Assembly (NCBI RefSeq): GCF_001194135.2
Contig: NC_069006.1
Span: 16,122,018-16,186,004, forward strand
Length of the DNA stretch: 63,987 nucleotides
DNA from: Octopus bimaculoides
Taxonomy: Eukaryota
Direction of reading: 5' to 3'
Shown here: in pieces, positions 36,610 through 48,620 of the stretch
Layout of the letters: each line of letters opens with the position of its first letter
Numbering within the stretch: the stretch's first letter is position 1
Notes under the pieces: model-generated
The model's database searches: none
What the model saw: only the letters and a program-made list of their open reading frames with translations
Told to the model about the DNA's origin: nothing
Position numbers and translations under genes: made by a program

Positions 36610-37817
36610 ATGAGATAAAGCCAATGACAATAAATAACAAGGTGACTGAATTGAAAGAGGGTTTGACTGTTATTTCTAGCAGGACAAATAAGTACGCAGA
36701 GTGGCTCCCTTATTAGCTAAATCTTCATAGGTACTTATTGCTGTTTCCTTATGGTAAATGAAGCATACTAAAGGGATGTTATTTTTCTTCTCTGCACTTT
36801 ATAAAACTGCTACCCAAATCAATAACTCCATTTTATTAGACAATGCTTGAAAGCTATTAAAATATCATTTTGAATTATTGATCATCGTTTTTATTCTTAT
36901 TTTATCTATTTTTTTTCTTCGTATCAATCGAACGATCGCAACAGTAACAATGTGGGTAAAGTTAATGCTGTAGCAACCAAATATTTCTGTCATCTCTGTA
37001 AATATTCAATGCTGGCATTTATCTATGAAAGAACTTAGTGATTTAAGAACAATTTCTGCAAGAGACAGTCATTCTTTAAAACCACTTATGTGTACACATA
37101 ATGTTTCTTCTGATCATAATGGTAAATTCATACAGGTAAGAAGTAGATGAGGGTAAAAAGATATTTTGTTAGAATTTCTTCTATTCACATATCATAACGA
37201 AAAATGTTTTCTTTTACTTTTTATTCTTATTTTTCTCCTATCTTTCCTTTCATCTTGATATTGATGATGATATACATATATATATATATATAAAACAGAG
37301 CAAAATATTTCATAAGCTCTCTGTTAGTAAACCAGGCCAACAATATTGTTTAGATTAGTAAAGAATTCCAAGTATTCTTGTGGCAGGGTCCAAGGTTAAA
37401 ATTCATCACCATTCTATATTATAAATCCATGGTTGTGCTCCAGTTATGCTGGTTTTTACACAGAGTGAAACAGAAGACAAGATATAAATACTGGTCATTA
37501 CATATTTTTCCTTCATTGGAGTAAATTATATGTATATATAAGCTTGCTTCCCAACCACATGGTTCTGGGTTCAGTCCCACTGTGTGGCACCTTGGGCAAG
37601 TGTCTTCTACTATAGCCTAGGACTAACCAAAGCCTTGTGAGTGGATTTGGTAGACAGAAACTGAAAGAAGCCCGTCGTATAAGGTTACCTCAATAAGGAA
37701 TAATAAAATCCAATGAAAATTCTGGGTAGTTACCTATTTAAAAAGTGTTGAATATTACAATTAATATTCAACTGTAAGGTAACTAGATAAACCATGGTTT
37801 ATATATATTTTAAGAAT

Positions 37818-38672
37818 ATAAGAAAATAGAGAGATAATTAATAATTATTTATCAATTAAAAAATTTGACATCATCTCTGACAGCTGTTTCGATTCCAGAC
37901 CTTTATAAATTAATTACCATAAATAAAACCATTTAAATTTAAAAGTCGAACCTCATCAGAGTTGGCTAAAGATATACAATTTAACTGATGAAATATATAT
38001 ATATAAAGAACATGGCATAAACCTTACAAAGGGAAGGAAGGTAGTATATTTATTGGAGTTATAATAAAAGTAAGAATAGAACAATACATCATTCTAGGGT
38101 GTTAAATAAAATAAATTGCTAAAGAAGGTACATGAGTATAATTGCAATATATTACAATGTATTATGCACCGATACTAACGTTATGGATAAGCAGTGTGTA
38201 AATTAGTATTAGTAAACTGATAAGGTAAGTGAATAAAATAGAAATTAAAAAATTAAAAAACAAAAATAAAGTATAAATTAAATTAAAAATAAGGTGGGGG
38301 GGATCCATAAAATAGCTTATAATTAAGGATTAAATGTGCAGACAATGAAAATAATGACAATAGTTAAAGGTGCATTCTTTTGGGTGTGTTATATAATATA
38401 ATTAAGTACTATAGAGATGAAAATGCAAATAGCCTAAAATAAAATAAAATAGCTTAATAACATAAGGTATAGTATGTTATTGTGTAATCAAGTGATAGCT
38501 TGTTTATGTAACTAGAAACATAAACAGAATGAAATACGGAGCAAATGTATGTAAATAATATTAGTAATTAATTGTAGGTGAAATACATTCTAAAAGATTT
38601 GTTATACTTAGTAAGTACTTAACTAGTTAAGTAACTTAAAAGGTGGAAGAACTTAATGCTAGGGTTAATTAA

Positions 38673-38713
<41 letters not shown>

Positions 38714-38907
38714 GACTACGCTTGAAAGTTTATTAAATTCAAAAGTGTTTAATATAGATAGAATCAGATACTATATAAGAATGGGTAAGCAGAAAAAAAT
38801 AGAATATTTTAGTAATAAAAATAAAAATTTTAAAAAACTTATTTTATTAGAGTCCGTCACCCCTATAGTTTTGTAATCAATAAATAATTATCTCTCTATT
38901 TTCTTAT
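37818..38907. mobile_element. AT-rich element with 23-bp perfect inverted repeats
   Basis: ataagaaaatagagagataatta (37818-37840) / taattatctctctattttcttat (38885-38907). Confidence 0.6.
37875..37963 (-). ncRNA. Hammerhead ribozyme motif with long AT-rich stem II
   Basis: CT-CTGATGA-GGTTC..GAATC-GAAAC-AGCT-GTC-AG; canonical core, palindromic ACAGCTGT stem III, only 2-bp stem I. Confidence 0.55.
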
Positions 38908-38911
38908 CTTC

Positions 38912-38978
<67 letters not shown>

Positions 38979-40924
38979 TGTGTGTGTGTATTTGTTCCTC
39001 TGCCATCACTTGACAACCAATACTAGTATGTTTATGTCCCCCATCACTTAGTGGTTCAGCAAAATAGACTGATAGAATAAGTACTAGACTTACAAAGAAT
39101 AATTCCTGGGGTCAATTTCTTTGATTAATAACCCTTTAAGGCAGTGCTCCAGCATGACTGAAACAAGTAAAGAATATATATATATTCATATAAACACGCA
39201 TACGCGTGCATACACATACACAGTATGGCCTTCTACTTTTCTAAGATAACAAGGTGTGATTTGAGGGAGATTTGACTGATGTTTCACTGCACTGCAAATA
39301 TGTCATAAAGCTAATTGATAATTGTACCACTAGTTCCTTTATGTTCCAGAGTTGTCTGTTTTTCTTTGCCCGTTTTTCTTCTTTACTTCCACTATCTGAA
39401 TCCATCTTGGCAAGCTTCTCAAGACCTTCATCAAAACCTATTCAAATTCTAATTTATCAACAGTGTTTTGTTAGACTACAATAAGAAAAATAGTGGAACT
39501 CTGTTGTGTTTCATTCAGAGGAAGGGAGAAAGTCAATGGGAAATCAATAATGAGTAAAATGGTGCTGTTACTAAGTAATCTAAGCATGTGGTGCTTTAAT
39601 GTCAATAGAAACAGCGCTGCCACCACACACACCCACTCTTTCCTGGCTCCTGCCCTATACCTGCATAACATTTTCCTATTCTTTCCTTCTTTGCCTATGA
39701 AAAATCAAAAATATGAAACAGAAAAAGAGATGGAAAAAATCATAAAATCATCAGCCAGCCAGCAAAAGTGAGGTATGGGTTTTATTTAGCTGTCACCGTT
39801 TACGCCATTCGCATTCTTGTAACTCCTTACATGTATGTCCTCAGCTTCTGTAACCACTAATTTGCGCTATCTTGCTCCCATTCACAACCACTCGCTTCTT
39901 CAATAACACAGGTTCCTAAAGAGAGATGTTGATGATGATGATGCTGACAACAATGATGGTGACAAAGTTGTTGTAAGTTACACAGTTGCAATCCCTTCTT
40001 TTGTTTCCAGAAAAATTTACTCATTAGTCTACAAGAAAGACAAGCTAATCACATGACAATCTGCAAATAAACCCTTCCTAAATGAATCTCTGCATATATT
40101 TTTTTCTTTTCTTGTTTTATTTTTTTTTGTTCCCTCTTCTGGTCTGTCATTGCCTTTAAGTAGAAGATAAACTGCAATATCTAACTTAATATTCTATCAG
40201 AATAAACACATCTGTCCGTCTTAATTTTCTAATATGGCAATAAACAACTATTGGTCTTTATTTAAAATATTTATCAATTTGTATTACAACCATAAACATT
40301 ATATAATGTTCATATTATATAATTGTGAATATTAATATCTATTATTGAATGCTTCCATAATTTCATATTTTATTTAATGATACAGAATCAATTTTCATAT
40401 ATTGTCACATATATTTTAACTCATTAATAATATTATCAAATATTAAATTTTCAAATCTATTTCTGCTTTAAATAGCTTAGCAGACTTTCCAAAGAACTTC
40501 ATGAAAAAAAAAAAAAAGAAAATGCTGATAGTAAAACAACCAAATAACTAAAAATAAAATAAATAAAGGAATTGCTTTCTGAGTTGTAATATTATATAAT
40601 GTTTACCTCTTTGATACAGATATAGACTCTTGATTAATTAATGTTATGCTCACAATATCAAATGTTTGTACATTCTTTACTATAGCAGAAATATTTGATA
40701 TGGAGGTCTTAATATATTCAAAAGGAAAATTAAAAAGCAAATTAGAAATATTTATGTGCTGAGAAAAAAAAAGAAGAAAAAAACAATCATGACAGTAAAA
40801 TTTTTTTCTTTAAACACATTTTGATGTTGGAACCTAAATTATCTTAAAAACCTCCTTATAATACCATGTATAACAAAGTGTTATACAACTGTTACGATTA
40901 TTAAATAACCTCCAATAATTCAAT

Positions 40925-41135
40925 ATGTTACTTTTTAATATTTCAAAAAGCTTCTCTAAATTTTCAATACATCCAACTAAGAGAGCTAAGTCAACAGCAT
41001 ACAGAAGTTCCCATGGATGGCTAGTCTTAAACATCTCTGGCGGGGTACTGTATTATTTCCAGTCTTTGCTAAATTCACTTTGAGGTCCTTTGATTCCAGG
41101 CTTTTTTTTCTCCATATCTGGAACTTCTTTACTAA
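40925..41135 (-). mobile_element. RTE reverse-transcriptase remnants
   Basis: ELVKKFQIWRKKSLESKDLKVNLAKT and EMFKTSHPWELLYAVDLALL..LEKLF; compare WELLYADNL..LEKKFQVWKQNLESKGLK at 55215-55340. Confidence 0.7.
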
Positions 41136-42361
41136 TTCTACACACGCACACAAACTTTTTGTCTAGGCTACATCACTTGAGGATGCTGACTCCAACTTGA
41201 GGACAAATTTCTCTTCAGATGTGCAAGATGGCATTGCACATGCCAACTCTGAGACAGGACACAGTCTTGTGTCCCACATGAATTCATGGACATACATGAT
41301 GCAAGCCTGATTAGCAGGCTTGAATACTCACAAGGGGTTATAGGGGAAAAAAAAAAGCCCAGTCACAGGTTGATCTAGTCACTGAAAACAGCGGCCTTTG
41401 ATTGTCAGGCTGTGTTGGATGGGAAAGAATCAAATGACAGATATGCCATGAGAGCATTCATACCTTCCTGCAAGATAATTAGAAGCAAGATGAAGTGGAG
41501 CGAAAGGAATAAAACTGGCTTCAGCCAACCACGGAAGGACAGGCTGAAACTGACACTTTTGCAAGTTTGTGTTACGAGAGATAGCATTACTTCTTGCCAT
41601 GTGCCCCACCCTTGCCAGCTCGTTAACAGCAACACCGCCTGCCACATAACTGTGATGTAATGAAGTAGCACATGATGATGGCAGGAAGAGGGTGGAGAAG
41701 GATCTTAAATACACTGAATTGTTCAATGGTATGAACCAATCTACAAGGAGCATAACATAAGAATGTAGGACAAAAAATAAATACATAAATGAGAAAAAAC
41801 AAAAAATAAATATATCTCCCTCTAGCAACCACCAACCAGTTAACCAACCAACCAATGAACCAGCTTGGAAACCAGCCTTTTCCCATTGAATTGTGTCAAG
41901 AGATGATGGCATCAAGATACACATGCACACACAGAACAATAATATAAGTAGTGACTATATATATATATATCTTTGCCTATATATATCATGCTACCCCCTA
42001 CCTCAAATGTCTTTTCTACCCAAAGAAATAATATAAAACTTCTCAGAGAAGAAGAATTCCATGGGATTTGACACAGAATGTGCATAATAGTGATAATAAT
42101 CAGTTCTTTTATTTGCCACAAGAATGGTAAATGCAGGAAATAACAAAGAGGAGTTGCAAAATAGTGAAGAAGAGAGGGTTTACATTTAATGAAGAAAAAT
42201 GGAAAACATATGAGATAGACTGTTGTGTCTGGGGAGAGTCCATTTCTTATTGTGCCTTAAAATTTAACACACTCACCGGTAAAATTTCCACTAATTTCTT
42301 ATTTTTATTAAAAAATCTTGCAAACCAAATCCAAAAACGAAATATGAGATAGAGTAAATAG

Positions 42362-42705
42362 AATTGGCTGTGTGGTCAGAAGCTTGTTTCTCAACCACAT
42401 GGTTCCAGGTTCAGTCCCATTGCATGGCACCTAGGGTAAGTGTCTTCTACCATAGCCTTTGTCTTTATTAGAAGACACTATAGCCTATAGTCCTTGTTTG
42501 CCCCCCCCCCCCCATTACTGCTTGAAAACCAGTGTTGGTGTGTTTACATCCCCTTAATTTAGTGGCTTGGCAAAAGAGACCAAGAGAATAAGTACTAGGC
42601 TTAACACACAAAAAATAAGTACGGAAGTCGATTTGTTCAACTAAAAACCCTTCAAGTCAGTGCCCCAGCATGGCCGCAGTCAAATGACTGGAACAAGTAA
42701 AATAA
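42362..42705 (+). mobile_element. SINE family A with core deletion
   Basis: Head and tail present. Confidence 0.8.
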
Positions 42706-43239
42706 TAAATTTTAAAAAATAAGAGAATATATAATGAACAGGGCTGAAAAAGAGAATCACCATCTAGGGCATACCACAAATCCCCATATGTCCTGAAAAT
42801 TGAGAGACACCAAAGTCACCAGATACCCATCATTTAGCAAATTAAGTGAAGAACAGCCATTTCCCTCTACAATCTCACATTGCTCTTCAAGTGCTATGTG
42901 ATAAGAACGGTTTAATAACACAGGTTACAAATTAGGGGGAGCATTCTGTCTATAATACAGATTCTCCTCTTGTCTGCTACTTATTATACTGACACCCCCC
43001 CCCATACGCACGCACACACATACATACACACACCAGTCATTGGAGGATGAATGACAAAGTCAACTGCATTACTATTTGATTTGGAACATGAAACCAAATA
43101 ATGCAAAGTATTTTTGTTTGCCACTCTACCCAGCTCTGCCGTTCCACTGCCCTTAATGAGTATTTCATTGCTTAGTCGCACGGGCAACCTAACCACACCC
43201 ACTACCATTATACAACAAATGAAAAAATAAAAACTTCTG

Positions 43240-43525
43240 AATCATAACAATGATGATGAAGACGATGACGATGACAATGATGACATGATGATGACGATGA
43301 TAATGGCAATGATGACATGATGATGATGATGATGATGATGACAATGGCAATGATGACATCATGATGATGATGATGATGATGACAATGGTAACAATGACGA
43401 TGATGATGATGATGATGATGATGATGAAGATGATGATGATGATGATGAAGATGATGACAATGATAAAAATGACGATGATGATGACGACGATGAGAACAAC
43501 AATGACGATGATGACAATGATAATT
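43240..43525 (+). repeat. (GAT)n/(GAC)n microsatellite
   Basis: Trinucleotide tract giving poly-M/D/H ORFs. Confidence 0.95.
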
Positions 43526-43777
43526 TTTTATAAACAGACACAAGGCTAGAATTTTGGAAGAGAAGGTGTTGGGTGATTATATGATTATATTAAGCCAGAA
43601 GGATGAAAGATAAAAACTGAACTCTGCAGAACATTTGAGTTGAGAGCATGAAAGAGCCAGAACAAACGGAACAAGGCAACTATCTGATGGTTCTACCTAT
43701 CCAAAATATTAATAATTCCGAAGAGAGAGAGAGAGATTAACCAATGTCATCAAACGTAGTGCTTCACAGTCTCTTTT

Positions 43778-43870
43778 GACCAAAATATTGTCCAAGAAGA
43801 AGTGGAGAAATTGTCAAAGTACAAAGACCTCGAAATTGAAGTACTCAAGATGTGAGGCATGAAGGTGAAA
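43778..43870 (+). mobile_element. RLE-type LINE remnant
   Basis: DQNIVQEEVEKLSKYKDLEIEVLKM*GMKVK, the EK..KY segment of the restriction-like endonuclease. Confidence 0.6.
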
Positions 43871-43904
43871 TAATAGTGGTTTCAAAGTTTGGCCCAGGGC
43901 CAGC

Positions 43905-44070
43905 AACTTCAGGGGAGGAGGTTATTAGATTGCATCAATCCTAGTGTCCAACTGGTACTTATTTATTTTATCCATCCCAGAAAGAATGAAAGGCAAAATT
44001 GACTTCAGCAGAATTTGAACTCAGAACATAAAGATGGATGAAATGCCACTAACTATTTTGTCTGGTATGC
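43905..44070 (-). mobile_element. SINE family B-like, partial
   Basis: actggtactt..aagaatgaaaggcaaaattgac..atttgaactcagaac. Confidence 0.7.
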
Positions 44071-44434
44071 TATTGTGTCGACGCCCCCCCAGGCGAAGAA
44101 GTAGGATCTCCCAAGACATATAAATAGAGGTGGTCTGGCCGTGGTAGGAGTGTTGAGTAGCAGTTGTGTAGCAGTTGAGTAGAGATCATCCAAAGGTGCT
44201 AGATAGCAGTAGCATTGAGACATAACATATGCCAATGGTCCTGCCAGCTTCCTGCCTTTTTTTTAAATACAGCAAGATATTTTATCCCATACTCTAACAG
44301 TGAGGACAACAATAAGAGCGCAGTATATTTTCTAATAAATAGAGACTGGCTCTATTTACTGAACTGAACAATATTTTGATACCATATTTTCTCTCTTCTT
44401 CAGGCTCAAAATGAAAATTGAAACAAAGACAGAC

Positions 44435-44829
44435 ACAGGAGTAGCTGTGTGGTAAGTAGCTTGCTTACCAACCGCATGGTTCCGGGTTCAGTCCCACTGT
44501 GTGGCACCTTGGGAAAGTGTCTTCTACTATAGCCTCGGGCCGACCAAAGCCTTGTGAGTGGATTTGGTAGACAGAAACTGAAAGAAGCCCGTCATATATA
44601 TGTATACATATATATGTATGTGTGTCTGTGTTTGTCCCCCCAACATCGCTTGACAACCGATGCTGATGTGTTTACGTCCCCGTCACTTAGCAGTTCAGCA
44701 AAAAAGAGACCGATAGAATAAGTACTAGGCTTACAAGGAATAAGTCCCGGGGTCGATTTGCTCGACTAAAGGCGGTGCTCCAGCATGGCCAAAGTCAAAT
44801 GATTGAAACAAGTAAAAGAGTAAAAGAGT
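44435..44829 (+). mobile_element. SINE family A, full length, young
   Basis: Near-consensus; (gtaaaaga)2 tail. Confidence 0.95.
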
Positions 44830-46899
44830 ATACAGAAATTCAAAATTTTTACTGGAATATCCTGCATTCCTTTCTAGACAAAACGACGTCATCAGTTTCC
44901 ACATTTTTCACAAACTGGTAACAAAACAAAAAAAAAAAAGAAAGGAAAAAGCAGGAAAGAAAACAAGAGTCAAAAAGTGTTTGTGTAAATGTGATGAAAT
45001 TTTCATGTCATTTTGTTCATTTTTCCATGGCATGACATTAGTAATTCACAAATATATTTATTCTCGTGTTTTGAGGACTAAAAGAGCAGTGGAGTCAGAA
45101 TATTTGCTGGGAATGTGTACTTTAAGGTGTTCCTCACATTTACAGCCATTTCATGTAAAATGTTCAGCAAGTTCCATCGGACTGCTGTTATTGTGCCTGA
45201 CATCATAAATATACCCATTGAACCTTTTATTTAATTGTTCTGTGGTGCAACCAACATAAATCAAAATGTATTTGGTGTATCCACTGTGTACAGCACTTGG
45301 GAATCTCTACAGGTCTCACCTTCTGTATAAATCATAACAGTTCCGTTATAATTTGTGATGGAATTAACTTCACTCATGCTGTTGCAAAATGAACAGGGCT
45401 TATCTCACTTGCAACAGTTTTGACAAGATACAGCAATCAGAAACTCCAATGGCATTTTTATTGAGATTGGAGGCAGTGGTAAATAGTTCTCTTATATTTT
45501 TTATTATGCCTAAAGGCTACAATAAACAGATGAAGAAATATTTGTTTGAAACGAGGATATTTTTCCAAAATATGTTGACAACTTTCATGCAACACTTTTG
45601 AAATGTCGGCAAAATTTCAGTGCCAGTTAATCACGAAAGGAATTTGGTCATAAATTTTACTTTGGCTGCTAAAATGAAGCATATAAGTTTGACTTTCCTT
45701 GCTAATTTTAGCTGTCATTTGTGATTTTCTTTAATTGTGATTCACTATAACTGCATTTGACATAATGATGCACAAAAGCATTTGCATGTTTCTAATTACA
45801 CTGTGTAACTAAAGTTTTTTATTTTTATTTTTATTTTTTCTTTGGTCAGTAAGTATTATTTCTTATTAGCTTCTATCTATAAATCAAAGGAAATGACTTT
45901 TATTTCCTTCAAACTTTGCTTTTGTGACCTGGACATCAATGTTTTGAAACTGACCCATTACATTTCAGACAGATTCAGCAGTGAGTTGCTGCAGCAGAAA
46001 TATTGTTGTAGCAAATATTCAGCTCAATACCGCAGATTTGCTAGTCAGTTGCTTGACCTTAACCACTTCAAATCAGAAACCCAATTTGAATGTTTGCAAC
46101 AGAATTAATTCCACTAATAGTACTCAAGGTGTCAAGCAGTGGTGATACACGAGATGAAATCTCTCACCCTTGGAAGTCATGATAGGATTTGAACTCAGAA
46201 TACAAAGACAGAACAAATATGACAAAACAGCTAATTTGACATTATTACAATTCCACCAATCCATAGCTTTGGATTGGTTCATTTTTTTGAAGACCCCCGC
46301 AAGAGGTGGAAAGACAGATTTGCAGGGCCGAGAGCTGGTTGCTCAACTTGCTAGCAAAAACTGCCAAATGTACCTCAAATCGCACCAGCAAAGGGAAAGA
46401 CATGTTAATATAGTTTGGAATATAGTGTGTTTAAGGAGAAAAAAAATCAAAACATGATTGAATTTTTACAGCCTGAATGCTTTTGATCAGAGATCTTCTC
46501 AGTTAGAGTTGACCTGGGGTTAAACAACAACTTCTGCACAGCAATGAGTTCAAATAAATTACTTCATCAAAAAAACAAAAAAAAACCCCTTTCACTAGCA
46601 ATCATTTCCATGCTAATTTACCAAATTTATTCATTAAAAACTTCATTAGACTATTTTATTTTGCTTTTATCTGATTGAGTGCAAAGGGGTGAGTAATTTG
46701 TTTCATTAATTTTTTTTCTCTTTTTTTTCCCATACAAACATGTGTGACATATTTTTTAAATTTTCTTTTTTTTTTTCATTTAACAACTCTTTTGACATTC
46801 CAAATGGTTTTCTCATTAAAGAAAAAAAATAAAATGGTGGTAATAAATATCTTCAATAGCTGAAATAACGAAGATTTTTATTATTACAGCTTCTGAGGC

Positions 46900-47104
46900 A
46901 ATGAGCTGGTAGAACCATTAGCATGCCAGACAAAATGCTTATCAGCATTTCATCTACCTTTAGGTTCCAAGTTCAAATTCTGCTGAGGCCAACTTTGCCT
47001 TTCATTCTTTAAAATAAGAATCAGTGAAGTACTGGGGTTAATGTGATCAACTCCCCACCACCATCTCCTCAAAGACTGGTGGTTTTGGGCCAAAATTCAA
47101 AACC
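46900..47104 (+). mobile_element. SINE family B-like ending in (ATT)n
   Basis: gagctggtagaaccattagc..gttcaaattc..actttgcctttcattc. Confidence 0.7.
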
Positions 47105-47123
47105 ATTATTATTATTATTATTA

Positions 47124-47176
<53 letters not shown>

Positions 47177-47424
47177 TAGTTTTATTTTTATAACGTGCTT
47201 TCACTTCACGACCGAGCACAGCTCTGCGCCCCTTGGGTGTGTGCTGTGGTTTGCTGTGATGCTCTTATGGTTATTGTATTGAAAGTGTTTTGCGTAGGAT
47301 GTGTGCAGTGCCCAGTAGTGCAATTTTCTGTATGTTATATATATTTTTAGTCCTGGTGTTTTCGTCTGAATATTTCTTTATTATACCTAAGGCACCTACT
47401 ATGATAGGAATTGTTTCTGTTTTT
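47105..47424 (-). mobile_element. RLE-type LINE 3' end (R4/Dong-like), element 1, (TAA)n tail
   Basis: KTETIPIIVGALGIIKKY..NIQKIALLGTAHILRKTLSIQ* (stop 47271-47273). Confidence 0.8.
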
Positions 47425-47440
47425 ATTTTTTAATTTTTTA

Positions 47441-47475
<35 letters not shown>

Positions 47476-47965
47476 TAAGATCTCGCACAGTATCCAATAT
47501 CTTGATGTTGTTGGTTGAAGATATTGTGTCTATGAGGGGGTTTGCACTGTCTGTCAAGTCACAATAAGGACCTCAGATTTTACGTAATACGTGTGCAGTT
47601 CCAAGTAATGCCAATTTTGGCAATACACCTACATTGTAGGGTATTTCTAAAGTTTCCAAATGTTTCTTCAGGTTGGGTAATATTGAATCCAATGCTCTGA
47701 TGACAACAGTGACAACCTTTATGTTTGTTTCTCGCAGGTACCACATCTTGGCAATCTCAATTCTCAGGTCTCCATATTTATCAATCTTTCCTCTTTATTT
47801 CATGATAATATGTTGATCTCCTGGCACTGCCACATCGATTATTAGGCACTCTTGTTTCTCCCTCCTAAAGGTTTACTATATCCGGCCTTCAGTACTCTAA
47901 CACGTTGTCTGTCTGGAAGTCAAAGTCCCAGAGGATTTTTGCCTTCCCCTTTTCATCCATTACTT
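47425..47965 (-). mobile_element. RLE-type LINE 3' end (R4/Dong-like), element 2, (TAA)n tail
   Basis: KILWDFDFQTDNVLEY*RPDIV..CLIIDVAVPGDQHI..KIDKYGDLRIEIAKMW..LALLGTAHVLRKI*; PD..D..K..KY motif; stops and one frameshift. Confidence 0.85.
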
Positions 47966-48010
47966 TTTCTGGTGTATATTGATACCAAGTGCCAGTTGGT
48001 TAATATTAAC

Positions 48011-48420
48011 AGGCACCGGCATGGCTGTGTGGGTAAGAAGCTTGCTTCCCAACCACATGCTTCCAGGTTCAGTCCCAGTGTGTAGCACTTTGGGAAAATG
48101 TCTTCTTCTATAGCCTCAGGCTGACCAAAGCCACACAAGTGGATTTCATAGATGGAAACTAAAAGAAGCCTGTCATGTGTGGTGTGTGTGTGTGTCTGTA
48201 TGTGCCTTTGTTTGTGTCCCCACCATTGCTTGACAACCAATGTAGGTGTATTTACATCTCCATAGTTTAGTGGTTCAGCAAACGAGGGCAAAGAATAAAT
48301 ACCAGCCTAAAAAACAAAACAAAAAAAGTCGTGGGATCAATTCCTTTGATTGAAATTCTTCAAGGTGGTGCCCCAGTATGACCATAGTCCAATGACTGAA
48401 ACAAGTAAAAGATAAAACAT
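48011..48420 (+). mobile_element. SINE family A, full length
   Basis: Head, core and tail. Confidence 0.88.
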
Positions 48421-48454
48421 AAAAGATGACACAAGAACATGAGTTGCACAAAAA

Positions 48455-48620
48455 GCTTAGCAACACTTCGTCCACCCTTACGTTCTGAGTTCAAATTCGG
48501 CCGAGATCAATTTTGCCTTTTATCTTTTGGGGTCAATAAAGTAAATAGCAGTTGAGCACTGGGGCTGATATTATTGACTTAGCCCCACCCTGAAACTTGC
48601 TGGCTTTGTGCCAAAATTTA
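48455..48620 (+). mobile_element. SINE family B-like
   Basis: acgttctgagttcaaattcggccgag..ttttgcctttt..gtgccaaaattt. Confidence 0.7.

Larger units (their letters stand above)
37541..39175 (+). mobile_element. SINE family A split by a ~1.2-kb AT-rich insertion
   Basis: 5' half 37541-37680, 3' half about 38990-39175. Confidence 0.8.

Noticed and set aside
40951-41310. Two apparently in-phase plus-strand exons (..HGWLVLNISGG and ATSLEDADSN..MMQA*)
   Set aside because: The first is antisense to a clear RT remnant, so the chain is probably coincidental.
41560-41660. LARVGHMAR on the minus strand resembling LINE LRW.GHV.R
   Set aside because: Similarity too short to call.
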